Source: Oikopleura dioica
Lineage: Eukaryota; Animalia; Chordata
Direction of reading: 5' to 3'
Length of the DNA stretch: 64,000 nt
Assembly (NCBI GenBank): GCA_907165135.1
Contig: OU015568.1
Span: 16,565,208 to 16,629,207 of the forward strand
The notes beneath the pieces were generated by a model. It ran no database searches. It was given only the letters and a program-made list of their open reading frames with translations, and had not been told where the DNA came from. Of this stretch, positions 31,858 through 44,466 are shown piece after piece (within the stretch, counting starts at the first letter, position 1; each line of letters begins with the position of its first letter). A program made the position numbers and the translations under genes.

Positions 31858-34486
31858 GTCGTGACAGTTCGATGGACGGAGCTGATCGAAACCGCGCTGC
31901 CGAAGTCGCCCAGTTTTACCTTCGATTTTCATTAATTTACAGTTCGAATGATATTTGCTTACTGTAATAAAATCGCCGAGCAAGAACACATTTGCTGGCT
32001 TTAAATCGATGTGCAGCTTGTTCCGCTCGTGGCAGTAGCTCAGAGCGGAGATGAGCTGCGCGCCAATGATCCTCGCCTCGTCCAGCGTTGTTCGTCGTTG
32101 GGCGTCCTTCATCTTCTCGATCCAATTGACAAGGCTTCCACCAGCGCAGTGCTCCATGATGATGAAGCACATGGAGCCAAAGGCCCATTCTGGCGTGTGC
32201 CGATCGAGGAAATCGACAAATCGGACAACATTCACGTGGTCTGAAAAATTTCAAATGCTGCCTTTGTCTCTTTCCCCGCAAGAGTAAAAAATAAACTTAC
32301 CGAGTTGTCGAAGAGTCGCCGCTTCTTGTTGGGTGCTTTTCCAATGGCTAGCGTTTTGAAGCAGAATCGCCTTGACGATGACAGTCTCTCCCGTCGAGGT
32401 GTCCAAAGCCGTCGTCACTCCCTGGTCCGTTTCGAAACGCGCAACGTCGATGTTCGCGTATTTTCCGTCTTTCTTTCAAAAAGTTACAAAATCAATCTTC
32501 AAACTAAAATTTTAAACGTTTGTAACCGAAACAGACTCTCTGGCATTTTGGTTGATAAAAAGCTTATTTCTCTCACGGCAGATTCCACTGTGAAACGAAG
32601 CAACGACTGATTCTGCTGCTCATGCGCTTGGTGCAAATATTTGCTTGTAGGCTCTGCTGACAACTGCAGTTCGAATCAGAACTTTTTTGACATTTCCTGC
32701 GTAAAAATCAAATCACAAATCAAAACTCATGTTTCTATATTCGTCCACATTCGCGAAACAATGTCAAGTGCGGCAGAGCAATTTTCACTTTCCAAAAAGT
32801 TCTGGTCAATTTTGTAAAGAGCATAAATTCGTCTCGAGTAGTCAGGAATTTCTTGCTCTAAATATTTCTCCATCAGTGGTCGTTGTTGAATTAGTTCTTC
32901 GATTTTTATTTCTGCTTCTTGGGTTGCTGTCACGATGATTCCCAGTTCTTCGGAGAGTTCTCTGATGAGTTCGGGGAGTTCTTCGCAGGGCTTTCGTTTT
33001 CCTAGATCCTGGAAATTTGGAAAATTCAATGCATTCTTATATTTTTACTTTTAACGATAAATTTGTAGAAGAGGAATTTGCAATGACTCGCCGTCTTTTT
33101 CGTATAACAAAATAGTCTTAATTTCATCGTTAGAAATGAGAATAGAAACTGTCGAAAACCTGAAAGATTCGGTAAAATGTGCTCGACATATTCTTCCTCG
33201 CCTATTTTTGCAAATTTTTCTCGAAGGAGAAGATAAAATCGCTTCCATGTCACTTCGAACTTTCGAAGTTTTTCGCTGAGCTCAAGAAGCAAATCTTGAA
33301 TTCGAGCGAAGAGATTGTCGATATATGCGACTTTTATGCGCTAAAAACACTTCAGAAATTTTCAAGTTTAGAGAAAGAACCTTGAATTCAACTAGAGCAA
33401 GGGTATTCTTCGGATTCTGAGGAAGATCTTCTGATTTTTCATCTTCTCCAGCGAGAATCTCATTCAGCTTTTCTCTCAAATCATCATCTTTCATATGACA
33501 CTTTTCGGCGGTTGAGCACAAAATTGCAATTTTTTTATCAATCGAATCCAGTTCTATAAATTTCCGTTTTCAAAAGCTGTCAAATAACTGTTACTTTGTC
33601 GCTCAGATAGAAGTCGAGCTAGGCTTCCTTCGATCGGATGAAGTGGCAGAAAAGGGTTGGTCTTTTTGTCCGGCCAAATTTGGATGAGAAACTCAAGAAC
33701 TCCTTTTTGCTCAGTCAGCGACATCAACCGCCAGTTAGATTTGTTTCTGTCTTTCTTAGTGAAGTTTTCAAATGTTGAAAAAATAAAGAAAAGTGAGTTG
33801 AAACCTTCCTTGTATTGCTCTAATAGAGTCCTCCTCTTGTTTTCATCCCGCATGATGGCAACCATGTCCGCCTTCGTCTCAAGATCGACCTTTTCCGAAT
33901 TTCTAGCGTCGTTGACAAATTTGAGAACATCTTTCAAAAGCGCCAAAGTAAAATATTTCGCCACTTTTTCCATTCCTCCCGAATTTTCAGCTTCAGAAAT
34001 GGTTTGAATCAAAATTCCGCACATTTCTCGCGTTTGAGCTTCATTTGTCGATTTTTCATTCTAGAGCAGTGTTGTTACAATGATCAGATGATGATCTTAC
34101 CCGGTGGATTTTGAGGATTTCTCTGATATCAATTTCATTTTCCTCAAACGGGTTCATTTCTTTTTAAATTTATCGAAGCAAATGTGCGATTTTTTTGCTT
34201 TGAGCAAACACTTTTTTCCAATGAGAATCTTTTTGCATCAGATTTTTGAAGCCTTGAAGAAATTCTTTTCAATAAAAGCTTACTAAACACGCTTGATAAT
34301 CGCTTTAAAAGTTGTGTAATTATCAATAGCGCTCTCTAAAGAGCGTCTAAAGCGCTTCCCCCTTTTTCTATATCTTCTGATAAGACAGCTAAGGGCTCAT
34401 TTACAGCGCCATCTGTCGATGTCCAAATCACGCCATGACAAATTGAAATTCGCTTCAGCAAGAAAATCCACAGAGTCTAAAAAATT

Positions 34487-37400
34487 ATGCGAGATTCTTT
34501 ACTTTTATATTTTTATACGATACATTCGTCAATAGTGGCTTCTGCTTTAGAATGCCCGCAAAGGTCAAATTTACTCAGTCCCAGAATAGATCTAACGAGT
34601 TTAAACCGAACTCTTGACTGCGGGCAAGGGTCGAATTCGAGACAACCATGGTCCGTAACGCTGAGAATGAAGGATGGAGTCCTCTGCGGAGGAGCTCTAG
34701 TTTCGCCAAACTGGGTGCTCACATCTGCCGACTGCGCGAAGAGATTTGAAGAAAAGTGGGGAAGCGTTTTTCTTGAGAGAATAGAAGACGGAGTCCTTCT
34801 CGGTCCATCCAGAGAGCAATGTGTTGTCAAAATCGTCGTCCATCCAAACTACACTGTCGAAAGCCGCGAGTCCAATGTTGCTCTTTTGAAATTAAACACA
34901 GATCGTGCTCATTTCGCCGGTTTGACTTCTTCAATTTGCATCCCTGAAAAACCAGCTGAAAGAAATCTCGGTCAACTTCACATGCTGGTAGTAAAGTTTC
35001 CTCCCCCTAGAATTTCATTTTTTCTTTTCAGAGAAATTGCGTGGTAACATCTTGGATGGAGTCCGAGCCCGATTCATCAACTCAGCTTTCGCCTAAACAT
35101 CGACCAGTTCAAATTCATCGTCGGCCTCGATGTGGCGCTTTCAATTCTGAAGGGCTCATTTGCTCCAGTGGCAAAGGATTCGGCGTCTGCAAGGGGACCA
35201 ATGGAGCTGTTCTCTCCTGCGAAGACATCAACGGAAAATGGTCAGCTTATGGCATCGGAGGGCTGGTGATGGACAACGATTGTACTCAGGGTTCTCAGGT
35301 GTCCGAGTACACCGACATCTCCCGACACGCAGATTGGATTAAAGAAACGATCAGAGAAGAACAGATTGTTCCCACTCGCGAAGTTTACAGTAATTGGGAA
35401 AACTGGTCGACCTGTACCGAAGTCTGCAACGGCGGAACTCAAATGAGAAGAAGACGGTGCTTAGCTAGAAGTTATTGCAGCATGCATGAAGTGGAAACGC
35501 GACCTTGCAGCACTTTTCCATGCGAGACACTTTTTGGCCTCGGACCAATCGGCTTCAGAAGACAAATCGTCGAAGAAAAGCCAAAAGAAGGAGCCAGCGT
35601 GTGTTTTCATGATTACGTCCAGGAACGAACGATGCGAGTCGTGGGAGGACAAGCGACTGATGCGGAAAGCTGGCCTTTCATGGCGGTTTTTTACAGCAAG
35701 AAAGGAGGCTGGGGTAGTCGATTCTGCGGCGGCTCGCTTCTCAATGAACGGTGGGTGCTCTCCGCTGCGCATTGCTTCATGGACCCTTATTCCGGAGAAA
35801 TGTTCAATTTTAAAAAGTACGCCGTCGGATTTGGCAACTTCAAGAGCGGCACCTTCCCCGGTCAAACCAGCAGCGTCAAATCCATCAAGTGCCACAAAGG
35901 ATTCAAAGCGACATACGAAAAGATTACTGATGACATTTGCCTGGTCGAACTCAATGATCCTGTCCAATATACAAAGACTGTCAATCCTGTCTGTATTTCG
36001 AAAAATCAGCCGGCAGAGGGAGACTACTGTAAGATCGCTGGTGCTGGGCAAACTCTAGGAACAGCCTCTGATGCGACTTTGAATGAAGCTTCAATTCCAG
36101 TTGCGAATTTTGACCAATGCAATCAAGAATATAAAGATTTCGGGATAACCGTAAGTTTGGCTCGAGTTCCAGCATTTTCTATTGAAAAAGTGACATGTCA
36201 CATGTCTAACAAGTTGATATCTAGCTCGAGTCGCGACAACACCTCTGCGCGGGGTTCGATAAAGGTGGAGTTGACGCGTGTCAAGGCGATTCTGGAGGAC
36301 CCTTCTATTGTGAAAACTCTTATCTCTCGGGCGTTGTCAGCTTTGGAATTGGTTGCGCGAGCGCCGATACGTTTGGAATCTACACATCTGTCTCCGCTTA
36401 CATCGACTGGATCGGGGAGACCATGGGAATAGCACCAGCTTCGGCTGGACAAGAACTTTGCCCGAAAGGATTCAAAGGAATGGTTTTCAATGTTCAAATT
36501 TTATTTCAAAAATTGAGCAAAAATTTTCTGAAACCAAAATAAAGGTCCTTCTTGCTCTGAAGACATAGACGAGTGCTCCACCTCCCCATGCGACTACGAC
36601 CAAAAATGCGTCAACACCGTTGGTTCCTACAGATGCGAAGATCTTTCCTGCCAAAACGGATATGAAGCGGTCAATGGCGAATGTGTCGATATCGACGAAT
36701 GTGCGATGAACGCGTGCGGCTACACAATGTGCGTTAACCTTCCCGGTTCGTTCGAATGCGTCTGCCAAGACGGATACGAAGTCGTCAACGGAAGATGCTT
36801 GGATATCAACGAGTGCGAAAGGGATTCTTCTCTTTGCGGCGATGGAAAAGTTTGCAAAAACCGGCTTGGTGGATATTTCTGCGAAGAAATCATCGAAAAC
36901 GAAGAGAAAAACAGTTGGACTTATCGCTGCGATCCACCAAGAGAGCTTCAACGATCAAAATACGTCTGCGCTGGCGACGAATGCACTCTTCAATGTGATT
37001 CTGGCAGCTCAATGTCAAAATGCATCAACAACGGATCACGGTAAAGAAACTGAAAAGAATGAACGTCCTCTTCAATTTTCGTTTAAGGAAATGCACTTGC
37101 ATGGGAAGCCGGTGTTTCTGGAGCTCGATCGGCAAAGAGTGCCAATGCAAAGAGGATGAAATCAGCGACTATGGAGGATTTATGCTTGGACCAATGTCGG
37201 ACACCGGTGGTTGGTCCGAATATCATCCTCAGTTTATTGACAATAGAGCTGAAGAGGTACGATTTTCAGTTTGATATACCCATTTTTAATTTTCCTCGAG
37301 GAGCCGACCTGCAACTACAATTTGATCAAGAAAAAATGCAAGACAAAAATGAGGATCTCCGAGTATCTCAATGGCGAAATCTGCAGAGGAAAATGCAACA

Positions 37401-37524
37401 AGTAAGAAAAATTCAAGCCAAAAAATCATTAACGAAAAATTTCAGACGAGGAAAATCAAGCAGCTGTACTTGCAACTGTATTGGAAATCAGTGCTCCTGG
37501 AAGTGCAGAAAAGATAAATGCTAG
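34487..37524 (+). CDS. Secreted multidomain serine protease: inactive trypsin-like domain, TSP1, active trypsin domain, EGF/cbEGF repeats, Cys-rich tail
   Basis: Signal peptide; [18 protein letters not shown] (His lost); [22 protein letters not shown]; RVVGG..LSAAHC..DDICL..GDSGGP; DIDEC and DINEC repeats. Confidence 0.88.
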
Positions 37525-37815
37525 TTTTTGACTAATAATGTTATTATTAGATTCGCAGAAATTGAGAACTACTGCGACTCACTGTTCAATTTTGTAAATT
37601 TTCTGTACAAATAAACTCGTCATTTTCTTAAATAAAACTGTTTGAAAGGGCTGGTCGGGGTTAGGGTTATCATTTTTGAACCGAAAAAATGAACTCAATT
37701 GACAGTTGACCTTTCTTCTTTCCACCAAATATTTGATATTTGCTCAGAGAGTCTCAGTTTTCCTTGAATTTTGACCTTGGCAGCTTTAGATTCAGTATTA
37801 AACAAGAGAAAGCGC

Positions 37816-40044
37816 ATGATTTTCCTTCTATTGGGGACACTCCTGGTCCTCGTTTTTGGCCGACTTCTGCAAGTATGGCTCAAATACAAGTTCCATCCGA
37901 TCCCGACTTATTCTTTTACTCTTCAAAAAGCTCAAAATGCAAAGGATCTCGCCGCAGCCTTCAAAAAGGGAGATTTGCCGAAGATCTTTCGCCCGAAGCT
38001 GTTTCCTTTTTCAACTTACAGGAGAGTCTTCAAAATCGAAAAAGTGGCTAAATATTTAAAATAAGCTTTTTTGAAGCCTTGCAGTAATTTTTACGTAATC
38101 ACAGATTTCGACTTTATGAAGGAGGCTTTTGCTCACAAGGAGCTTTCAAATCGCGACTACAACGAAAAGATCAAAATCGACACCAAGCGAAATATAGAAT
38201 ATTACAAACTGGATAAGCAAGCTATCGAAATTCTCGGGCAAAACGACCAGTTAATAAAGAATGGGCCAGGATACAATACAGGCATTCGGGTCAGCATTTT
38301 TCTGAGTCAGGAGATCATGACTCCTCAGACCCTGACTCAGGTTTTCTACATGGGTTCCCGAGCCCAGATCCTCCGAAAAATTGCTAACCCTTCGAAAGGA
38401 CTGGCAGATGGTCTGTATGATGATTTTCACCGAAAGTTCCGAACAATTTGGTACGAAACGACGAAAAAACTGACCGGGCGGAATCGAATTATCGAAATCA
38501 TCGAGCATAGCTCCGAGTCAGTAAACAGAATTCTTGGCGAAAAAGGAAGCAAGGAAGAAGGCATCGATCCAAAAACCGTTTTCGTAAATGGCACCATGAA
38601 TGTTATTACTGGTTTCGCTTTTGGAACAACCTTTGAATTCGACGATCCTGGTAAAAAAAGAGCGAGAAAAAGAAAAAATTTCAATAAAAAATTCTAGTTT
38701 TCAAGATGCTAGAGGACGAGCTGAAAATCATCTTTGAAACCATCATCCCCATTCTTTTGAAGAAAACTGCCGCAGGAAAACTGCCCCTGTTTGTGTCCCA
38801 AAATTGGCTCTATCAGAAACTTTGGAAGTCGACTACTGACAAGTATTACGGATCTGTGAAGAAATTCAATCAATTCTGCTTCGAAAATGTTGTCAAGCAT
38901 CGAGAATCACTCGATAGAAGCAATCCGCGGGATTTTCTCGGTAATAAATTTCATTATTTATTTTTCGTTAGTTTCAGACATGCTTTTGATCGAGGCGGAA
39001 AACGAGCCAAGGCTTGGATTTGATGTCGTCGCTGGCACCGCTCTGATCATTTATGCTGCTGCTAGCGACACTCTCGCGTAAGAAAAATGCCAAAAATAAC
39101 TTCTTTAAAATTTCAAAGCAATACATTAACCTGGCTCTGCGCAGTGCTATCCGATCGGCCACATGTGCAAGAAAAAATGTACGAAGAAATCATGAATTCA
39201 ATCGAGACAGATAATGAGATCAAGAAAGAAAATTGACATTCGGGTTCGAAAATTATTTTATATCAAGAAAATTTAAAGCAGATTTTACCAAGATTTCATT
39301 GGTGTAGCGGGGTTATCGGTCGGGCGCCCTAAAATGACTGTCCTCTATTAGCCCTAATCTCGGTTTTTAACCCCCTGGGTTAGGTCTTAGGCGGGGTTAG
39401 GGTAAGGGTTAGGTCCCAGGGGCGTAGGTTAAAGGCTGCCCGACTTTTGACCCCCTACTACCATTTCATATTGGCACCGTTTTTGATCCCCACCAGTCCT
39501 TATACAAGATCTGTTTTACTTGAAAATATGCGACTCAATCCAGTTGCTCCAGAAATCATCCCACATCAAGCTTCCGAAGACATTGTCGTTGATGGCGTCT
39601 TGATTGAAAAAGGATCAACACTTTACGGTTCAAAATCAGCAGCTTTTATTAAATAAACGTTTTCTTGTTAAGGTTCAGTTGGTGCCGTTTTTGCCAATCC
39701 AGAGAACTTTCCTGAGCCAGAAAAATTCATCCCTGATCGATTTATGAAAAATGGCGAGTATGTTCATGACCTGCGCGTTTGCAGCTTTTCTGTTGGATTG
39801 AGATATTGCATTGGCAAACAAATTGCCATCGAGGAACAGTTCATTTTCGCGACGAACATCGTTCGGGAATTCCGACTTGTCAGGTTCAGTAAAAATCTGA
39901 TCAAAAATTCTGAACCCTAACCCTAACCTTAACCTTATCGATTTTTTTTCTAGAACTTCTGGAAATATGGATATTGCTGAAGATCTGTCTATGCGCTTTC
40001 CGAAGCATTCGATGATGCGATTTGAAAGAAGAAGATCAAATTGA
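37816..40044 (+). CDS. Cytochrome P450 (CYP2/clan 2-like)
   Basis: N-terminal anchor MIFLLLGTLLVLVFG, I-helix AAASDT, K-helix ENMR, PDRF and heme motif FSVGLRYCIG. One splice junction near 39236 is unresolved. Confidence 0.9.
39300..39463. mobile_element. 164-bp MITE with a telomere-like (TTAGGG-variant) core in a P450 intron
   Basis: Imperfect ~30-bp TIR (TGGTGTAGCGGGGTTATCGGTCGGGC vs rc TGGTAGTAGGGGGTCAAAAGTCGGGC). TTTCAT duplicated on both sides. Internal GGGTTAGGGTAAGGGTTAGG. Confidence 0.7.
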
Positions 40045-40081
40045 AATAAAAAATAATTATTTTTGATTAAAACAAAAAAAT

Positions 40082-40288
40082 GGAGGTGGATTTCTGGATA
40101 ACCAATAAGATTGCTGCATTTAACTTACCGATCAATCAAAACCCTGATCCGTAAAATCACCTCTTAATTTTGGTTTTACCAAATATTTTGGGTTAAACTT
40201 ATTTATGGAAGTGATTTTATGGGTCAGAATTTTGATTGGCCGGTAATTCAAATGCAGCAATCTTATTGGTTATCCGGAAATGCATTCC
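40082..40288. mobile_element. Hairpin MITE-like element with ~71-bp inverted arms
   Basis: ATTTCTGGATAACCAATAAGATTGCTGCATTT.. is mirrored by ..AAATGCAGCAATCTTATTGGTTATCCGGAAAT. Confidence 0.8.
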
Positions 40289-40451
40289 GTAAATTGGTTT
40301 AGTCCATTATTTTTGGCATTGATTTATTTAACAATTATGAAGAAGAGCATATGACAAGATAAGAATGAATAAAAATGTTCACAAAATACAATGAAATGTT
40401 CACAGACTATGCAGATTAAATAATGAAAGATGAATCGATCAAATGAAACGC

Positions 40452-41579
40452 TCAAATAGTGCAATCTGGTTCTTCAACTGGGCAGAGCCCGGCCATGCAG
40501 ACAAAGATCGAGCAGTGCATTTCCATAGAAGTGACTTCTGCGTTTCCGGAAAATTGGAAGGCAGTGTACGAAAGTTGGAAAAGATCTTCGTTTTCGAAAT
40601 TTTGACCGATCGCGTTGTTGTTTACCACTGGATTGGGGCAGCCGTTTTCGAAGACGGGGAACGAGTTGCTTCCGTCGGTTACGTTGCAGTCGTTCACAAC
40701 GAAGGTGACGTCTTCAATAGGAACAGATGGGGAGAGGCCGAAGAAGACAGCTTCGCCGACAACTTGTTCGTCGGAAGCTTCGTCGCTGAAGTCGCTGTTG
40801 GAGAAGAAAGCCGCTTCGAACTTGAACTCGCCGTGACCGGTTGTTCCGACTTCTTGGGTTTCGTCTCTGTTGGTGAAGTTGGCCGAGGAGACATCGTTGA
40901 CTGCTGACGAAAATCGACACTTTTTGAAGATTTCGGATTTTTTCCTCTTTTTCAACAAAAAATCATTTGTTCAAAATTTCGCGAATCTTTCCTGAACGTC
41001 AATATCAACATCGGTGTTCAAAACGATGCCGTATTTGTTGGTTCTTTTCTTGACGCTGATGACATTTTTGAACACGATCTCATCATCTTCCACAGTCGTC
41101 AAAGTATCACACTGATCGAGGGCTGTTGAAATGACGAATTGGTCCTCAGACTCGGCGGATTCACATCGGTTATCGTCGAAAGAAAGGACGATTTCGTCGC
41201 TTTCATCGGTTGAGTAGATGCACTTGTCGAGCGAAAGCGACATGGCAGATTGCTCGCAAGAGATCGCGATTTTTTCTGGGTTCGGAGTACAGGTCGCCTC
41301 GTCCTCCAAAAGCGTCCAACAGGAGGGGCACTCACACACGTGATCAGCCTGGTTGCAAAAGTGGGAGCAGCCGCCGTTGTTGCCGTCTGCACAATCGATG
41401 TTTTCGACGTTTGGCTCCATCGTTTCAAGCTCGATCTCAGCGACTTCGGTTCCAAGAACTTCGGCGTCTCCAACATCGAGATTCTCAATGAATTGGTTGA
41501 CAACTTGATTCACCATGTCAAGCAAGTCACTGTTGTCGTCCGTTTGACGTTTTCTTCGACCAGTTGTTGTCTCATTCAC
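40452..41579 (-). CDS. EGF + zona pellucida (ZP) domain protein; 5' part unresolved and possibly continuous with the CUB gene
   Basis: Furin-like RRKR site, EGF CADGNNGGCSHFC..CECP, and ZP Cys pattern (ISCEQ..LDQCDT..CRF..VNDCNV..GCP..MHCSIFVC). Confidence 0.8.
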
Positions 41580-41878
41580 TTTATACAGGGTGCATTTTAT
41601 CAGTAAATTTTAAATTTTTAAAAATCTAAAATTTATACCCTTCCTGGAACATGATATTCGCGAATATAATTGACGCTGAAAAACGTAAACCATGTCCCAT
41701 AAGTGCTTGTCCTTCCTTCGGCTATTGAAAATTCCCAAATTCTTGACATTTTTCTTGAATTTCCGTAGTCACTTATTGCCTAAAATTCATGTTACATATT
41801 GCCTGATTAAGTTAAAGTTGCTACAAAAAACTGATAAGAGGAATTTTTGACCAAGAAAAATCAATATTCTTGCTAAAA

Positions 41879-43576
41879 TTAGGGCAAATTCGTCAATTTT
41901 CGGCGAAAAGTCCAATTTTCAAATGCGATTTTGAGGGTAAAGGAGTCGAGATAGACCCCCAAAAAATGGAGCCTCAAAATCGTTTTTGACCCGTAGAATC
42001 CATTTCCGGGGTCAAAATTTTGAAATTCCCAAATCTGATTTTTCGAAAAAAGCTGACGGGGGGGCCTTAATCTATCTTTACCCAAGTTGTCATCTGAGGA
42101 TTCTTGTTCCTCAAATAGTCCAAATAAGATTCCGCGCTTGTGATGCTGCTGAATAAGCAAAAGACTTGAGTCCTTGCTCTGTAGTCGCTCCAAAGTTGAG
42201 TAGAGGGTTTTTTCGGACAGTCCTGTCCATTGATCGCTGGAAAAATCAATTACCGAAAGAGCAAAAAGTGGCGACCTACCATAGCTATTTTCATTTCGAT
42301 CCGACAGCCTGTTTCCTGCGTGCACACAAGTAGAAGGTCCGTCCAGCTTGAATTTGAAGCAGCCCGGAGTGTCGCGACATCCAGCAGCGCAGCGTTTTCC
42401 AAACTCTTTCTCGCCGACTTTATCGACATCCTCGAAGGAGTTCGAATATATCGACCTCTGAGTGGCTTTGTCTTTCTCGCCGATTTCCCAGGCCTTCATC
42501 AGAACTGACTCGTCGTTGTTGTAGGACCAAATGCAGACAGGAGGATGATCGTCTTCTTCCTTTTTGCACTTTGACGGGTCGTGTTCTAAAGCAATCAATT
42601 TCGCTGTTTAGCGAAACCTGGGTTTACCTGGAGTTACAGTGAATGCGAATCCCGTGTTTCTCACGCTAAAGTCAGTGGTAAATCTAGCCATGAAGGAGTC
42701 GCCAGGGATGAAGAGAACATCGCCAACTTCGAGATCGTCGAAATCTGGTCCATAATCGCCCGACGACTCATATGAGTCATAATATGAGCCGTAATAGTCG
42801 TATTGATTGCAGAAACCTCGGTCATAATTCGCAGCATTTTGGAACGAAAGCTTGTCATAATAACAACTGTAGCCACCGGCTAAAGGAAATAGTTTAGGGG
42901 GGTAGGTACGAAGAATCGGGTTTTCTGTCAGTGTTTTCTTAAATTTTTAACATAGGGACCCCCTAATTTTTTCTGCTTAATTGCAGGCAATTATCTCTTT
43001 CCTATGGAATCTAAAAATTTAGATTTCTTGAGCTTTCATGGTGCTACAGTGCAAACCGGGTACCTTTTATTGTCGCAAAATTGACCATTTTAGGAAAGTT
43101 AGCGATCTTTGACGAATAATTTTGTTAATAATTCTTTCGAAATTTGAAATTTTGGCTTACACAGGAAATAAAGAAAGGTCTAAAGTTTTAGTTTTCAAAG
43201 AAAAATACGGGTGTTACTATTTTAACCTTTTAGGGAAAAGTCTGACATAAAATCCAGATTCTTGATATCTACCTCCTAAGAAATAGCAAAATCTATTGTA
43301 TAAATTATTACCTTCAATGTCGAAGTGCAAGATGTTAATGTTGAATCCGCAGGCCTTTGGCGCCTCAAACTTCCACTCGCAAGTAGCGTAGTTTGGGTAC
43401 ACTAACGAGTCAAAAGGATCCAAAGGAGATGAGATCTCGACACTAGTCGTTTTGCTGTCAAAGAGCGTGTCAAAACCACAGTCCGTAAATTGGATCCGAG
43501 GAGCATCTTCATTTGGAGGAGGCTTTTCTTTTGTCGCAGAAACTGCGGCCAACGTCAAAAATCTGAAAGTTTTCAT
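41879..43576 (-). CDS. Secreted CUB-domain protein (3' end uncertain)
   Basis: Leader MKTFRFLTLAAVSA; CG..ISSP..YPNYATCEWKF..FDIE; next exon CYYDKL..FTTDFSVRNTGF; then a Cys-containing exon, ORF 41879..42598. Confidence 0.72.
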
Positions 43577-44466
43577 TCTCGCAGAAGACTTAATAACTCT
43601 TTTCTTTTTAACAAGGCATTATTGAGTATCTCAATATACATTTCTCCAAATTCTGGAGCGTTTATAAGCAGCTTGATTGGCGCCAGTGTGATTTTTCATG
43701 ACGCGATCATGGCAAAAAGGATAGCATAATTTTAGAGCCATCCAATCTCCATCGAATATTTATCTTATCATGAGCGAACTCGCTCGTTCAAATATAAATG
43801 TCATACAAACTCAACTTCAATCGCTTGCAGGAAATCGTGCTGCTCCGAAAAAACATCGCTTGACTTTCCCACATCATTTTTAGCAAAATGATCAATTTTC
43901 AAGGTCGAGAAATAATTTTGAATTTTCGAAAAATTAATTTTTTCGAGAGAAACTGCTTCAATAATTCGCAAATTTCAAAATTCCCAGCAAATTGAATAAA
44001 TATGATGTGCAACAACTGAAATGCCAAATGACAATCACAAATAGGCTTCACTTCGCAAACACGACGGAATGGCTAAAGATCGATAAATAGAAGATTTTGG
44101 CGCTGGCGGAAGAATAAAAGGGCTCAATAAATAATTTTGACGTTCAGGGCGGCTTTGATCGGTTCAATTTTGAAGGGAGAGGGGGAGAAATATTTGGAAA
44201 GGATGGATTTATTTATGGAACTGGTCAACTGCAAAAAAACTGTCATGATAGGGGTTAGGGTTAGCTTCACCTTGGTCATTCTTGCAGGAAACAAGAAGAA
44301 CAGCGGAGCAGAAAGAATGATCTGAGCGATGATTTTTCACATAAAATCTTTAAAATATTTGCATATGTCACTTTTGCCAAAGGCTTTCTTCAAACAAAGT
44401 GATTCTACAGTTCGATTTGAACTATTCCAAGTTGTTATTTCAAAGAGAAACTACTCGACTCCGACG

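Larger units (their letters stand above)
26611..34157 (-). pseudogene. Large NEK-like Ser/Thr kinase gene (helical N-terminus, kinase, coiled coil, C-terminal beta domain), disrupted by a transposon
   Basis: VIVK, LDHVNVVRF, LHIDLKPANVF, KLGDFG, YAAPE, DVWG, HPF and R..RP are spread over spliced exons. A hAT element is inserted between DFG and APE. Probable in-frame TGA near 32615. Start and exon joins upstream of the kinase are tentative. Confidence 0.7.

Noticed and set aside
34403-34420. CTCF-like site (CAGCGCCATCTGTCG) between divergent genes
   Set aside because: A single partial match that cannot be distinguished from chance without a PWM scan or ChIP.
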